From IMG/VR virus record IMGVR_UViG_3300044556_000086, positions 1-64,000 of that record: 64,000 bases of DNA; one strand, written 5' to 3'. A model generated the notes under the pieces. It did no database searches. It was not told the origin of the DNA and saw only the letters and a list, made by a program, of their open reading frames with translations. A program made the position numbers and the translations under genes. This DNA is from a virus (Duplodnaviria; Caudoviricetes). This document shows, piece by piece, positions 28,470 to 36,613 of the stretch (position 1 is the stretch's first letter; the number at the start of each line of letters is the position of its first letter).

Positions 28470-29285
28470 ATGATGAAGTTTTCTGACTATTCAGTATGCG
28501 TGGTATTCCACGGCAATGAAACTCTTGACCGATTGAAGTACATGGGGTATGTACCTGATATGGGTTTGGAAGTGTATGGTTCTTCTGAAGAGGAAGTCGT
28601 AAAGAAAGCTGCTAACTCAGTTACTATTAATGTGTATCGGAAAGTTTTGTTTGGTGAAGAAGTTCCTGTACCCGGTGAAATCATGGGTTACAGTGGTAAT
28701 CTTTATAAGTTAGTGTATGTGGATTCGTTGCAGAGATGGATTCCTGAAGGGGAAGATATTTCAAAGTATTCTAAAGGGTTCACATATTATGCTGTTCTGT
28801 ATAAGGAAAACGTGGATTATAGACGTTCTCCTGTATGGAGTGTTTATTTCAAAGATTTTGGGTGCCGTATTTACCATTATGATACGAAAGAAGAAGCAAA
28901 GTTAGGTGCTTTACAGACCTTGAAAAGTTATTTATCCTTCAATAGAGATGGCAACCTTTCTGACCCGAGAGACCCGAAAGACATTGTTCTTAAAGCTGGG
29001 GAAGAATTAGTTATGGTAGAATACAGTCTTTCCACTATTCATATTCCTGAATGGGGTAGTTCTTGGACGCCAGCTCTTGGAGAAGAGTATTACTATTTGG
29101 TTCCTTATGGCCATAACGATGAATACCTCATCAGTAAGAGAGTGAATAAGGGGTCTGAAATTGATTACAATAATTTCTGTGGTGATGTCTATAACTGCTT
29201 CAAGACTAAGGAAGACGCTTATGATGAAGCGAACCTTGGGGACACTTTGTACCAGGTAAGATGGGTTGATGTGAGCATGGGGTGA
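28470..29285 (+). CDS. Tandem HicB-like domain protein with a C-terminal phage domain
   Basis: YMGYVPDM..VYGSSEEEV...A...GEEVPVP and YYAV...WSVYFKDF.C...DTKEEA...A..TL patterns. Confidence 0.6.
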   Translation: MMKFSDYSVCVVFHGNETLDRLKYMGYVPDMGLEVYGSSEEEVVKKAANSVTINVYRKVLFGEEVPVPGEIMGYSGNLYKLVYVDSLQRWIPEGEDISKYSKGFTYYAVLYKENVDYRRSPVWSVYFKDFGCRIYHYDTKEEAKLGALQTLKSYLSFNRDGNLSDPRDPKDIVLKAGEELVMVEYSLSTIHIPEWGSSWTPALGEEYYYLVPYGHNDEYLISKRVNKGSEIDYNNFCGDVYNCFKTKEDAYDEANLGDTLYQVRWVDVSMG

Positions 29286-29291
29286 TTTTAG

Positions 29292-29660
29292 ATGGATGTA
29301 TTCTTTTCCTTTCTACTGTTTTTCCTATTCATTGTGGTTGTGGTGTGTATAATTCCTTTCAATAGTAGTCAGAAAGAGTTTTGTGAGTTGTTTGGTGGGA
29401 TAGATGACTACTATAAAACTAAGGGTGACGAAAAGGGAGTCTCTAGTTCAGATGACGAGTTAGTTACTCTATTGGACAGAAAGGCAGACCAGTGGTGTAA
29501 GTTGTATAATTTCTATGATACTAAAGGATGTTATCGTATGTCCGGGGGACATGTGGGGTATTGTCCTAGTCAGATGGGTGATGGTTGTTGTTCCACTCAT
29601 CTGATTAACAAATTGAAATCTAAAGGGAGTGGTTCTAATGGACGATGTCAAGACAGGTGA
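29292..29660 (+). CDS. Membrane-anchored small 4-Cys protein
   Basis: TM segment plus C..C..CP..C motif. Confidence 0.65.
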   Translation: MDVFFSFLLFFLFIVVVVCIIPFNSSQKEFCELFGGIDDYYKTKGDEKGVSSSDDELVTLLDRKADQWCKLYNFYDTKGCYRMSGGHVGYCPSQMGDGCCSTHLINKLKSKGSGSNGRCQDR

Positions 29661-29856
29661 ACTAATACATCTGTTAAAGGAGCAATCTTATGAGTGGTGT
29701 AGTACTTATGGGTTGAGGAAAGATAACTGGTGCTATAATGTGAATCATGGTGATGTAGATTTTTGTCCAGGTAATCTTTGCAGGGGATGTGCTATAGCAC
29801 ATCTTTTGTCATACTTCGATAGGGAAAGGTATAAAGGGAATGGAACATCTAAGTGA
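29629..29856 (+). CDS. Small 4-Cys protein
   Basis: WC..Y...WCY......FCP...C; paralogous to the previous gene. Confidence 0.65.
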   Translation: MVLMDDVKTGELIHLLKEQSYEWCSTYGLRKDNWCYNVNHGDVDFCPGNLCRGCAIAHLLSYFDRERYKGNGTSK

Positions 29857-30022
29857 TATACAGAAGATTCAGTATCTTCATGAACAGCAGGTCAAAGATG
29901 ATTTACATACTTGTACTAAGGTGATAAATCAGTATTGTTATGGTAGGGATTGTATGTATTGTATACTGGAAGACTTCTGTTCTCAGATACGGAGAAAGTT
30001 TAGTTGTTATCATAGGGGGTGA
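29840..30022 (+). CDS. Small Cys-rich protein
   Basis: C...YC...C..C....FC; overlaps both neighbours. Confidence 0.6.
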   Translation: MEHLSDIQKIQYLHEQQVKDDLHTCTKVINQYCYGRDCMYCILEDFCSQIRRKFSCYHRG

Positions 30023-30264
30023 AATCTATGAAGCTGGTAGTACCTGAAAGGGCATTAACTGGGTTAGAAGAGAAGATATTTACTCTTATTGTTATCAAGT
30101 TACAGGGTTACTATTGCCGAAAGAAATACACGAATAAGTGTATGAGAATCAATTCTGAAGGTCGTATTCAGTTATGTCCTTTCCGTATTCCCTGGGATGT
30201 AGGGGATGGGTATGAGTGTAGTCTTTGTGTTTCTCATAAGGTGGTGTCATCTAATCAACTATGA
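30019..30264 (+). CDS. Small 4-Cys protein
   Basis: C..C..CP..C motif. Confidence 0.6.
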   Translation: MKSMKLVVPERALTGLEEKIFTLIVIKLQGYYCRKKYTNKCMRINSEGRIQLCPFRIPWDVGDGYECSLCVSHKVVSSNQL

Positions 30265-30482
30265 AAATCTTGACGTATGAAGAAAAGCACATTGTAGGTA
30301 CCTTACTCAATAAAGTAAAAATGGCCTGTTGTTCTGTGTATCATAAGAATTGTGTAGATGATGCTGGTACTATCTGTCCGTTACGTTCTGAGGGTGACTC
30401 TAAGTATTGGTATTGTTCTTTGTACCATACGGAGAAGATACTTCAACTAAATGAGTACAGTGATGAAAAGAAAAAGTGGTAG
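30261..30482 (+). CDS. Small 4-Cys protein
   Basis: C..C..CP..C motif. Confidence 0.6.
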   Translation: MKILTYEEKHIVGTLLNKVKMACCSVYHKNCVDDAGTICPLRSEGDSKYWYCSLYHTEKILQLNEYSDEKKKW

Positions 30483-30494
30483 GGGTGTTTCTAA

Positions 30495-31007
30495 ATGATT
30501 GATGCAGAGCAGAAATGGAAAGAATATCAGGAACGGATGAGAAAGCAGAAGGAAGAAGAGAAAGAGCATAGGCGTAAATCTATTCCAAAGAAAGTCCGTC
30601 AGAAAGTGTATGAAAAGTATGATGGTCATTGTGCTTATTGTGGTAAGAAGTTAGAGTATAAAGATATGCAGGTAGACCACATTCAGTGTCATTATCTGAA
30701 TGGTTCTGATGAACTGGAAAACTATAACCCAGCTTGCAGACAGTGTAATTTCTATAAGGGTACTATGGATATCGAAAAGTTCCGTGAACAATTAACTAAG
30801 TTAAGGGAACGTCTTAGAAAGGTGTATATTTACAGATTATCTATAGATTACAACTTAATCGAGGAAAAAGATAACCTTATTCAGTTCTATTTCGAGAAGG
30901 TAGGTCAACATGAAGGGAATAAGTATGTTCGTGGTAATAAAACGAATGTTAGACCCGTAACTATTACTCAGAAGGAAAAACCTGCTCCATCTGGGATAAA
31001 GAAATAA
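30495..31007 (+). CDS. HNH endonuclease
   Basis: CAYCG, MQVDH and NYNPACRQCNFYKG motifs. Confidence 0.9.
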   Translation: MIDAEQKWKEYQERMRKQKEEEKEHRRKSIPKKVRQKVYEKYDGHCAYCGKKLEYKDMQVDHIQCHYLNGSDELENYNPACRQCNFYKGTMDIEKFREQLTKLRERLRKVYIYRLSIDYNLIEEKDNLIQFYFEKVGQHEGNKYVRGNKTNVRPVTITQKEKPAPSGIKK

Positions 31008-31049
31008 TTCTATTAAGTCTATTTTTAGAAGGAGGAAACTTAAACAGCA

Positions 31050-31163
31050 ACCTTCTCAAGAATCCCCCGCTTCTATAAGTGGGAGAGGTTCAATTATGAA
31101 GGGTGATAAATTTTTTTGAGTGGGGGAGGTTCAATTATGAAGGGTATTAAATTTTTTGAGTGG
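31050..31163 (+). mobile_element. IS605 right-end remnant with a tandem duplication of its terminus and flank
   Basis: CTTCTCAAGAATCCCCCGCTTCTATAAGTGGGAGAGGTTCAA is nearly identical to 16961-17002; ~41-bp unit repeated at 31078 and 31119. Confidence 0.75.
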
Positions 31164-31247
31164 TTATCTGAAAATCCAGAATGGATAGCCGTCTATCTTC
31201 TTATCATAGGGTGGGTAGTAATTGTTCTTTCAGGTAGCTTAAAGTGA
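31137..31247 (+). CDS. Small membrane protein (36 aa, not in the ORF track)
   Basis: MKGIKFFEWLSENPEWIAVYLLIIGWVVIVLSGSLK; its GGAGG RBS comes from the duplicated element end. Confidence 0.55.
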   Translation: MKGIKFFEWLSENPEWIAVYLLIIGWVVIVLSGSLK

Positions 31248-31265
31248 GGAAAGGGGAGGTATACC

Positions 31266-32153
31266 GTGGAAAAGAAATATTTTACATCTGACGACTATTT
31301 CCATAAGTTGAAGACTGATAGGGAAACTGTCACAGAGGAAAATCTAAATCAGTTCTATTCAGCCTGTAAACAGATAGGGTTGCAGTTCAAAGATACGGGT
31401 CAGACAGATGGACTAAACCAAGTATTATTTCTATTAGACTGTATCGAAAAGGAAAAGAAGCTGTTAGACTTAGGGATAAACCAGTACATTTCTAAGTCCT
31501 TGATTCAGAAGTATGTAGATTCTATTTCCGATGATGATGTGTCTATCATAGAGTTATCTAAATTTTCTAGGGTAGTACCTCTCCATATTAAAGAACGGAT
31601 ACAGAAATGTAAAGACATATTCGATAATATGTACGTACTATACACGGACTACTCAGAGGATAGGTATAGGGAAATCAGAAGAGCAGATGAAAACCGTGAC
31701 CCTATACTATTTGGTACTTTTGAAAAAGGTGATCTAATCAATGAAAGGTTCTACATCATAGGTGACTGGGAAGATAAGTATTGTCATTTAACCTGATTCT
31801 GCAAGAAGTCTCCCGCCTCTTTAGGCGGTGAGATGAATTGCACTGACGTAATCCATAAAATACCGTGGGGCGCACGGGAATCTACGCCTGTGGAGAGAGT
31901 GTAAGCCGCCGTAACTCTTTGGAGTCCGTGGCGCTGTTCTCGTTGAAGCAGGAAGCTCCCGCCTCTATAGGTGGGAGTACGTTCACCTCTTCAGAATATG
32001 ATAGATGTCTGTAAGGATAAAGGGGTAGAGGATATCGTATCAGATTTAGATACTTCTTACTATAGAGAACTGGAAGGTACTCTGAAAACTCCTAATGCTT
32101 CTAAAGAACCGTGGTGGAAGAAAGTGTTAGGTTTATTATTTGGTAAGGGGTGA
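31266..32153 (+). pseudogene. Phage gene interrupted by a non-autonomous IS605 element
   Basis: Removing 31792-31986 joins IGDWEDKYCHL-T-LQNMIDVCKD in frame. Confidence 0.8.
31792..31986 (+). mobile_element. 195-bp non-autonomous IS605 element carrying a TnpB omegaRNA-like scaffold
   Basis: TTTAA target; left guide AAGT plus hairpin; CCGTGGGGCGCACGGGAATCTACGCCTGTGGAGA...GAAGCAGGAAG scaffold; right guide GAAG, hairpin, ends TTCAC. Confidence 0.9.
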
Positions 32154-32361
32154 TATTCATGAAGCCTAAGATACTAGAACCTATATTCTATAATTTCAAT
32201 TCATCTAGTGGGATAGAGGAAGGGATGTCTACTTTCCTAAACTCGTCTATGATGACAATAATCATTTAGTAGCCATTGAGTATAAGGGATATCCAATTAT
32301 CGGAGTGAAACCACTATGACAAATAAGGAAGCATTTCATAAATATGGGGAGGGGTTAAGTC

Positions 32362-32667
32362 ATGAAAAAAGATTATGCTAAGAAATTTTGGGATTTGTTT
32401 GATTCTGGGGATAAAGATACATTAGAAAAAGAATACCCTTTTTCTTTTCTAGTTTGTACTACGGGTGTAGTAGATGAAGAAGTCATTGGTTCTAGTCGGT
32501 GGTATGATTTTGTTAAATCTGTATTAAAACTCGGGGATAGGTATATGGCTGTAGAGTGGAACCGGGGTAAGACAGAGTTGCAGGATGACGATTTTGATGA
32601 CGTTGAATATTATGAGGTAGTTCCGAAGGAAAAGACAATTACCGTACTGGAGTGGGTACAAAAATGA
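32362..32667 (+). CDS. Acidic hypothetical protein, paralogue of 13530..13814
   Basis: Shared N-terminus. Confidence 0.75.
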   Translation: MKKDYAKKFWDLFDSGDKDTLEKEYPFSFLVCTTGVVDEEVIGSSRWYDFVKSVLKLGDRYMAVEWNRGKTELQDDDFDDVEYYEVVPKEKTITVLEWVQK

Positions 32668-32972
32668 ACCTAGATACCTTTGACTTGACAGATAAACAGA
32701 TATTTCATTATACTCATACTCCATTACCTATGTGGGTACGTGGTCATAAGTTCCGTATTATGAACTCGATTATACCTAATAAGGTTAAACCTTCAAATTC
32801 TTTATTGGATAAATTCAAAGAAGAAAGGTATCATAAACTACTAGATACCTATTGTTATCGGTGTGGGAGGAGGTTAGTGGCCTCTAAGACTATGTTATGT
32901 GACTATTGTAATCTGGAATTGACAAACCAGGTAGAGTCTGATAAGGTAAAAGATAGGTTATTTCACTATTAA
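32652..32972 (+). CDS. Zinc-finger protein
   Basis: CYRCG...LCDYC motif. Confidence 0.65.
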   Translation: MGTKMNLDTFDLTDKQIFHYTHTPLPMWVRGHKFRIMNSIIPNKVKPSNSLLDKFKEERYHKLLDTYCYRCGRRLVASKTMLCDYCNLELTNQVESDKVKDRLFHY

Positions 32973-32988
32973 GGGGAGGTGATTTCTG

Positions 32989-33441
32989 ATGGGTTTCGAT
33001 ACAAATAAGGTAGATATCTACACAAGTACCTGTACAATATACCAGTTAATTAAGTCTGGGGTATTGACTCATGAACTAGATACAGGTGACTTCTCAAGGG
33101 AACATGAGTCGTGGGATACAGTTCAAAAGAGTAGGTTCATAGAATCTATACTACTCAGGATACCCATATCTAGTATGTACTTCGATATGACTATTTACAC
33201 GAAGACAATTATTCTTGATGGATACCAAAGATTATCTGCTATAAAGTCTTTTGTAGTAGATAAAGATTTATCACTGGAAGGGTTAGAATATCTCAAAGAC
33301 TTAGAAGGGTGTACGTTTGATACTTTACCTAAGAACTTGAGTAGAAGGATAGAAGAAACAAAGATACTATGTCATTCTGTTCAACCAGGTACTCCAGAGT
33401 CCATTAGTCATACGATATACTATTTACTTCATACTATCTAG
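32989..33441 (+). CDS. Stand-alone DUF262 (ParB-like) domain protein
   Basis: WD..QKSRFIESILLRIPI and ILDGYQRLSAIKSF motifs. Confidence 0.85.
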   Translation: MGFDTNKVDIYTSTCTIYQLIKSGVLTHELDTGDFSREHESWDTVQKSRFIESILLRIPISSMYFDMTIYTKTIILDGYQRLSAIKSFVVDKDLSLEGLEYLKDLEGCTFDTLPKNLSRRIEETKILCHSVQPGTPESISHTIYYLLHTI

Positions 33442-33459
33442 TAGGGAGGGTGTTATTCC

Positions 33460-33657
33460 ATGGAGTGTTATAGAGACCGTACGTATTGTGGGAATGAATC
33501 ATGTGACAAGTATAGTAGTTGTAAAGATGCCTTTCCCTATGCTGTGAAGGACGCTGAATCTCATGGGTTAGATACAAAGTACGTATCTTTTTCTGTATGT
33601 ATGACTCGTGAGTGTTCTAATTATACTAAGAACAGGGAGAACAGGGAGTTGGTATAG
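33460..33657 (+). CDS. Small Cys-rich protein
   Basis: CYRDRTYC...C.....C motif; GGAGG RBS. Confidence 0.65.
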   Translation: MECYRDRTYCGNESCDKYSSCKDAFPYAVKDAESHGLDTKYVSFSVCMTRECSNYTKNRENRELV

Positions 33658-33659
33658 TT

Positions 33660-33890
33660 ATGGTAGATACGAGTAATCTGGTATCCTCATTATTGGATGC
33701 TCAGCTTGGGTATTGTGGGGAGTTCCGTAAAGAGGGTCATTGTTGTAAAGTATTAGATAACGGGGATGTTTCCTATTGTCCTATGTTGTACTATGGGGAG
33801 TTGTACAATGGGTGTACCATTCACATGAAGGAACCTATTAACTGTAGGATAACTGATTTCATACAAGTTTTGATAGGTGGTAGTAACTAG
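33660..33890 (+). CDS. Small 4-Cys protein
   Basis: YC...C...YCP...C, like the 29.3-30.5 kb family. Confidence 0.6.
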   Translation: MVDTSNLVSSLLDAQLGYCGEFRKEGHCCKVLDNGDVSYCPMLYYGELYNGCTIHMKEPINCRITDFIQVLIGGSN

Positions 33891-33913
33891 GTATCTTAAA
33901 GGGGGTATACCTA

Positions 33914-34546
33914 ATGGTAGGTACTAAAATATTCAATAGTCAGGATGTAGTAACGTACTGTTCAGATAGGGTATGGGTTGAATCATTAGTATTTATAGTG
34001 AACGATGAAGGTATTTCTTATAAAGTAAATAATATACGGGATGATGTTATCTTTCATTCTCAGTATACAGGGATAGGGAAAGGGAAAGGGATAAATGCTT
34101 TCATACGTAACGATAATCGTGAGGTATTGATATTCCGATATTCTAATGCTGTGTATGATTGGTTCGTAGACTTTCTATTCAAACTATGGGAAGTCATTAA
34201 GAAACAAGGATTATCTTATTCTGGGGTTTATCATATCTTGGAACATAATTGGTATAATGTACTGGATTATTCTGGAGAAGATAGGGAAATCAATGAGATT
34301 GCAGATATTGATATAGGAATTAATAATTTCATTGTAGCTTTCATCATTATAGGTTTATCTCCTGTATACTCTGTTAATTCTGGAATTAAACTAACTGATA
34401 TGAAGGTATTCTATGGAAAGAAGTTGAAGTCTATAGAATTCCGTAGTACAGTAACTCGTAAAGATGGAGTGACAAATTTCTATAATACTCGTAGATACAT
34501 ACTATCTTATGATTCTAATTCTAGGTCATATTATTTGAAGGAATGA
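33914..34546 (+). CDS. Hypothetical protein
   Basis: ORF track; RBS present. Confidence 0.7.
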   Translation: MVGTKIFNSQDVVTYCSDRVWVESLVFIVNDEGISYKVNNIRDDVIFHSQYTGIGKGKGINAFIRNDNREVLIFRYSNAVYDWFVDFLFKLWEVIKKQGLSYSGVYHILEHNWYNVLDYSGEDREINEIADIDIGINNFIVAFIIIGLSPVYSVNSGIKLTDMKVFYGKKLKSIEFRSTVTRKDGVTNFYNTRRYILSYDSNSRSYYLKE

Positions 34547-34706
34547 TATCTTAGAGGGGAGGATAACTGTATGAAGTATATAGATGTTCATAGTGATGGT
34601 AGAATCGTAAGTGAAGTAATTATGGCTTTAGTTCTAATGATAGGTATGGTTCCTTTCTATATTCTGATGGGGTTGTTGAGTAAAAGAAATACTCAGTAAT
34701 TATACT

Positions 34707-34731
34707 AACCTGCTCTTAGTAGCAGGTTTTT
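34707..34731 (+). terminator. Intrinsic terminator
   Basis: AACCTGCT/AGCAGGTT stem plus T run. Confidence 0.7.
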
Positions 34732-34745
34732 CTCTGATTCTGTAG

Positions 34746-34778
34746 TTACTTGACATTAAGTAAAATATATGGTATACT
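34746..34778 (+). promoter_or_regulatory. Sigma-A promoter with operator (copy 6)
   Basis: TTACTT-GACATT-AAGTAA; TTGACA-17-TATACT. Confidence 0.8.
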
Positions 34779-34806
34779 CTAGGTGTAATAAGAAGGGGGT
34801 AATTAC

Positions 34807-35088
34807 ATGAGTAAACTGCAAGGTGTGTGGACTGGAAGTCTTTATCAGTTGAAGAACTTGAGGAAAGTATTCACAGAGGTAGGTACTGCTTACTATGGCA
34901 GTGAAGATGCTCTGTTTGAAGACGGCGATAACGTTTTGAATAAACCGGCCCTGATGGTTTTCTGGCTGGGTGACTTCGGGAATCAGTTCTCAGACCCGGA
35001 TAATTCAGCCAGTGATACCGAGGATTCTGATACACTAGCCAAGAAATGTTTCCGGGCCGTAAAGAGATACAGAAAATATGTAGGGTAG
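34807..35088 (+). CDS. Hypothetical protein in a monocistronic cassette
   Basis: Own operator-promoter and a terminator at 35098-35131. Confidence 0.75.
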   Translation: MSKLQGVWTGSLYQLKNLRKVFTEVGTAYYGSEDALFEDGDNVLNKPALMVFWLGDFGNQFSDPDNSASDTEDSDTLAKKCFRAVKRYRKYVG

Positions 35089-35141
35089 AGGGGTTACATA
35101 AGGTCTGCTGTTCGTGGCAGGCCTTATTTTTGTATTCATAT

Positions 35142-35174
35142 TTACTTGACATTAAGTAATTACATTGGTATAAT
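35142..35174 (+). promoter_or_regulatory. Sigma-A promoter with operator (copy 7)
   Basis: TTACTT-GACATT-AAGTAA; TTGACA-17-TATAAT. Confidence 0.8.
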
Positions 35175-35202
35175 ATAAGTGTAGTGAGAAGGAGGTAATA
35201 TT

Positions 35203-35565
35203 ATGGGTATCTTAAATGTAGGTGTTATTGCTAGAAAGAATGAAACTGATAGTGATGTTATTCTTAGATTGACTGATTTGATGGAATTTGTAAAAACACG
35301 GGGTAAAGAATTCCATACTTACAATGATTCATTATACTATAAGGTTCATACAGTATCCGATGGAATGGACGAAAGACTAGTAGTCATTCCTAGTGGTGAG
35401 TATCCCGCTGATACTTTCCCGTTTGATGAAGAACATTTGAAATTGAATGTTCAAGCCGTATTGGACGAAGGAGACGTATTCTATACCGAAGGGTATGACG
35501 CTAGAAACGTCTTGGATTCTAGGAACCGGGAATTGATGTTGTACGTATTTGAATGTTACTACTAA
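35203..35565 (+). CDS. Hypothetical protein
   Basis: AAGGAGG RBS. Confidence 0.75.
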   Translation: MGILNVGVIARKNETDSDVILRLTDLMEFVKTRGKEFHTYNDSLYYKVHTVSDGMDERLVVIPSGEYPADTFPFDEEHLKLNVQAVLDEGDVFYTEGYDARNVLDSRNRELMLYVFECYY

Positions 35566-35863
35566 GGAGGTGTTTCTAGTGTTTGGAAAAGGAATGGAAT
35601 TTATCACTAAGCTGGCAGAACGGTTCGAAGGTAGTACGGTACAGGTAGTCAATGAAAACTGTAAGGTATCTCCTAAAGGTACTTTCAAGATGGATTCTGA
35701 TAACAAGAAATTCAATGTAGAGTTTTCTGGCTGTAAAGGAAAACGTACTAAAGGTTATACTCTGAAGGATGACGATTTACTGGTATTCTTGAATGAAGGG
35801 GTCATGGTTCTAAGAAAAGTACACGGTAAGGATATACTAAAGTATATCATTGTAGGTGCTTGA
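35549..35863 (+). CDS. Hypothetical protein
   Basis: AAGGAGG at 35564 suggests a start near GTG 35579. Confidence 0.65.
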   Translation: MNVTTKEVFLVFGKGMEFITKLAERFEGSTVQVVNENCKVSPKGTFKMDSDNKKFNVEFSGCKGKRTKGYTLKDDDLLVFLNEGVMVLRKVHGKDILKYIIVGA

Positions 35864-35947
35864 TTATTTAACTAGAAAGGGTATCCGGGGGTAGACTCTT
35901 CTGGATACCCGTATATTTGTATATGTTTTTAGAAGGGGGTTAAATAC

Positions 35948-36412
35948 ATGGGAAAAATGCATAAGTACGTCAAGATAGAGCCAGTAATGGCCTATCAGGT
36001 GGATAAAGAAGAAACAGTACATACACTATATGGTGAAGCTACAGCTAGTAAAGGGGATTATGTCATTGAAGGGGCTTTTCATGAACTGTACCCTTGTAAG
36101 AAAGGGGTATTTGAGAGTACCTACTGTAAAGTAAGTGATGAAGAGTATGGTTTCAGTTTCAGTGAAGCTTTGTATGCCATTAAGGCCGGGTCTAAGTGTG
36201 CTAGACGTGGTTGGAATGGGAAGAAGCAGTACATTGAACTAGCTAGGGATATCAGTTATGTAAACTCTGATGATAAGGTCATTAATGCTGACCATAAAGC
36301 CATAGGGAATTGTGCTATAGCTTTTGTAGGAACTTCTGGGGTTCAGATTGGTTGGTTAGCTAGTCAGGCTGATATGCTAGCTGATGACTGGTATGTGGTG
36401 GATTTATTATAA
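35948..36412 (+). CDS. PGDYG-like plus DUF2829 (Tad2-like) fusion
   Basis: HTLYG...SKGDYVI...ELYPCKK.VF..TY, then FSEAL..IK.G....R.GWNGK...GWLASQADMLADDW. Confidence 0.85.
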   Translation: MGKMHKYVKIEPVMAYQVDKEETVHTLYGEATASKGDYVIEGAFHELYPCKKGVFESTYCKVSDEEYGFSFSEALYAIKAGSKCARRGWNGKKQYIELARDISYVNSDDKVINADHKAIGNCAIAFVGTSGVQIGWLASQADMLADDWYVVDLL

Positions 36413-36429
36413 GCAGGAGGTATACTACT

Positions 36430-36612
36430 ATGTATGAACGGATACGGAAACGCTATTGTAAAAAAATCATGGAAGCTGATAATATTGAAGCAGCCAATAT
36501 GATTTTGGCTTTACTTAATATTGAAGATGAGGTGGATATAACTAAACCCATATCTGAAGAAGATATGGAAAATCTGTTGGATTGGGATGAAAGCCTAGAA
36601 GGGATGTACTGA
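36430..36612 (+). CDS. Small hypothetical protein
   Basis: AGGAGG RBS. Confidence 0.6.
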   Translation: MYERIRKRYCKKIMEADNIEAANMILALLNIEDEVDITKPISEEDMENLLDWDESLEGMY

Positions 36613-36613
36613 G

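Noticed and set aside
31078-31163. CRISPR array
   Set aside because: Only two units with near-identical spacers and no cas genes; reported as a duplication instead.
31792-31986. IStron / self-splicing intron explaining the interrupted genes
   Set aside because: No group I or group II intron core was recognised in any of the elements, and this one is almost entirely omegaRNA scaffold.
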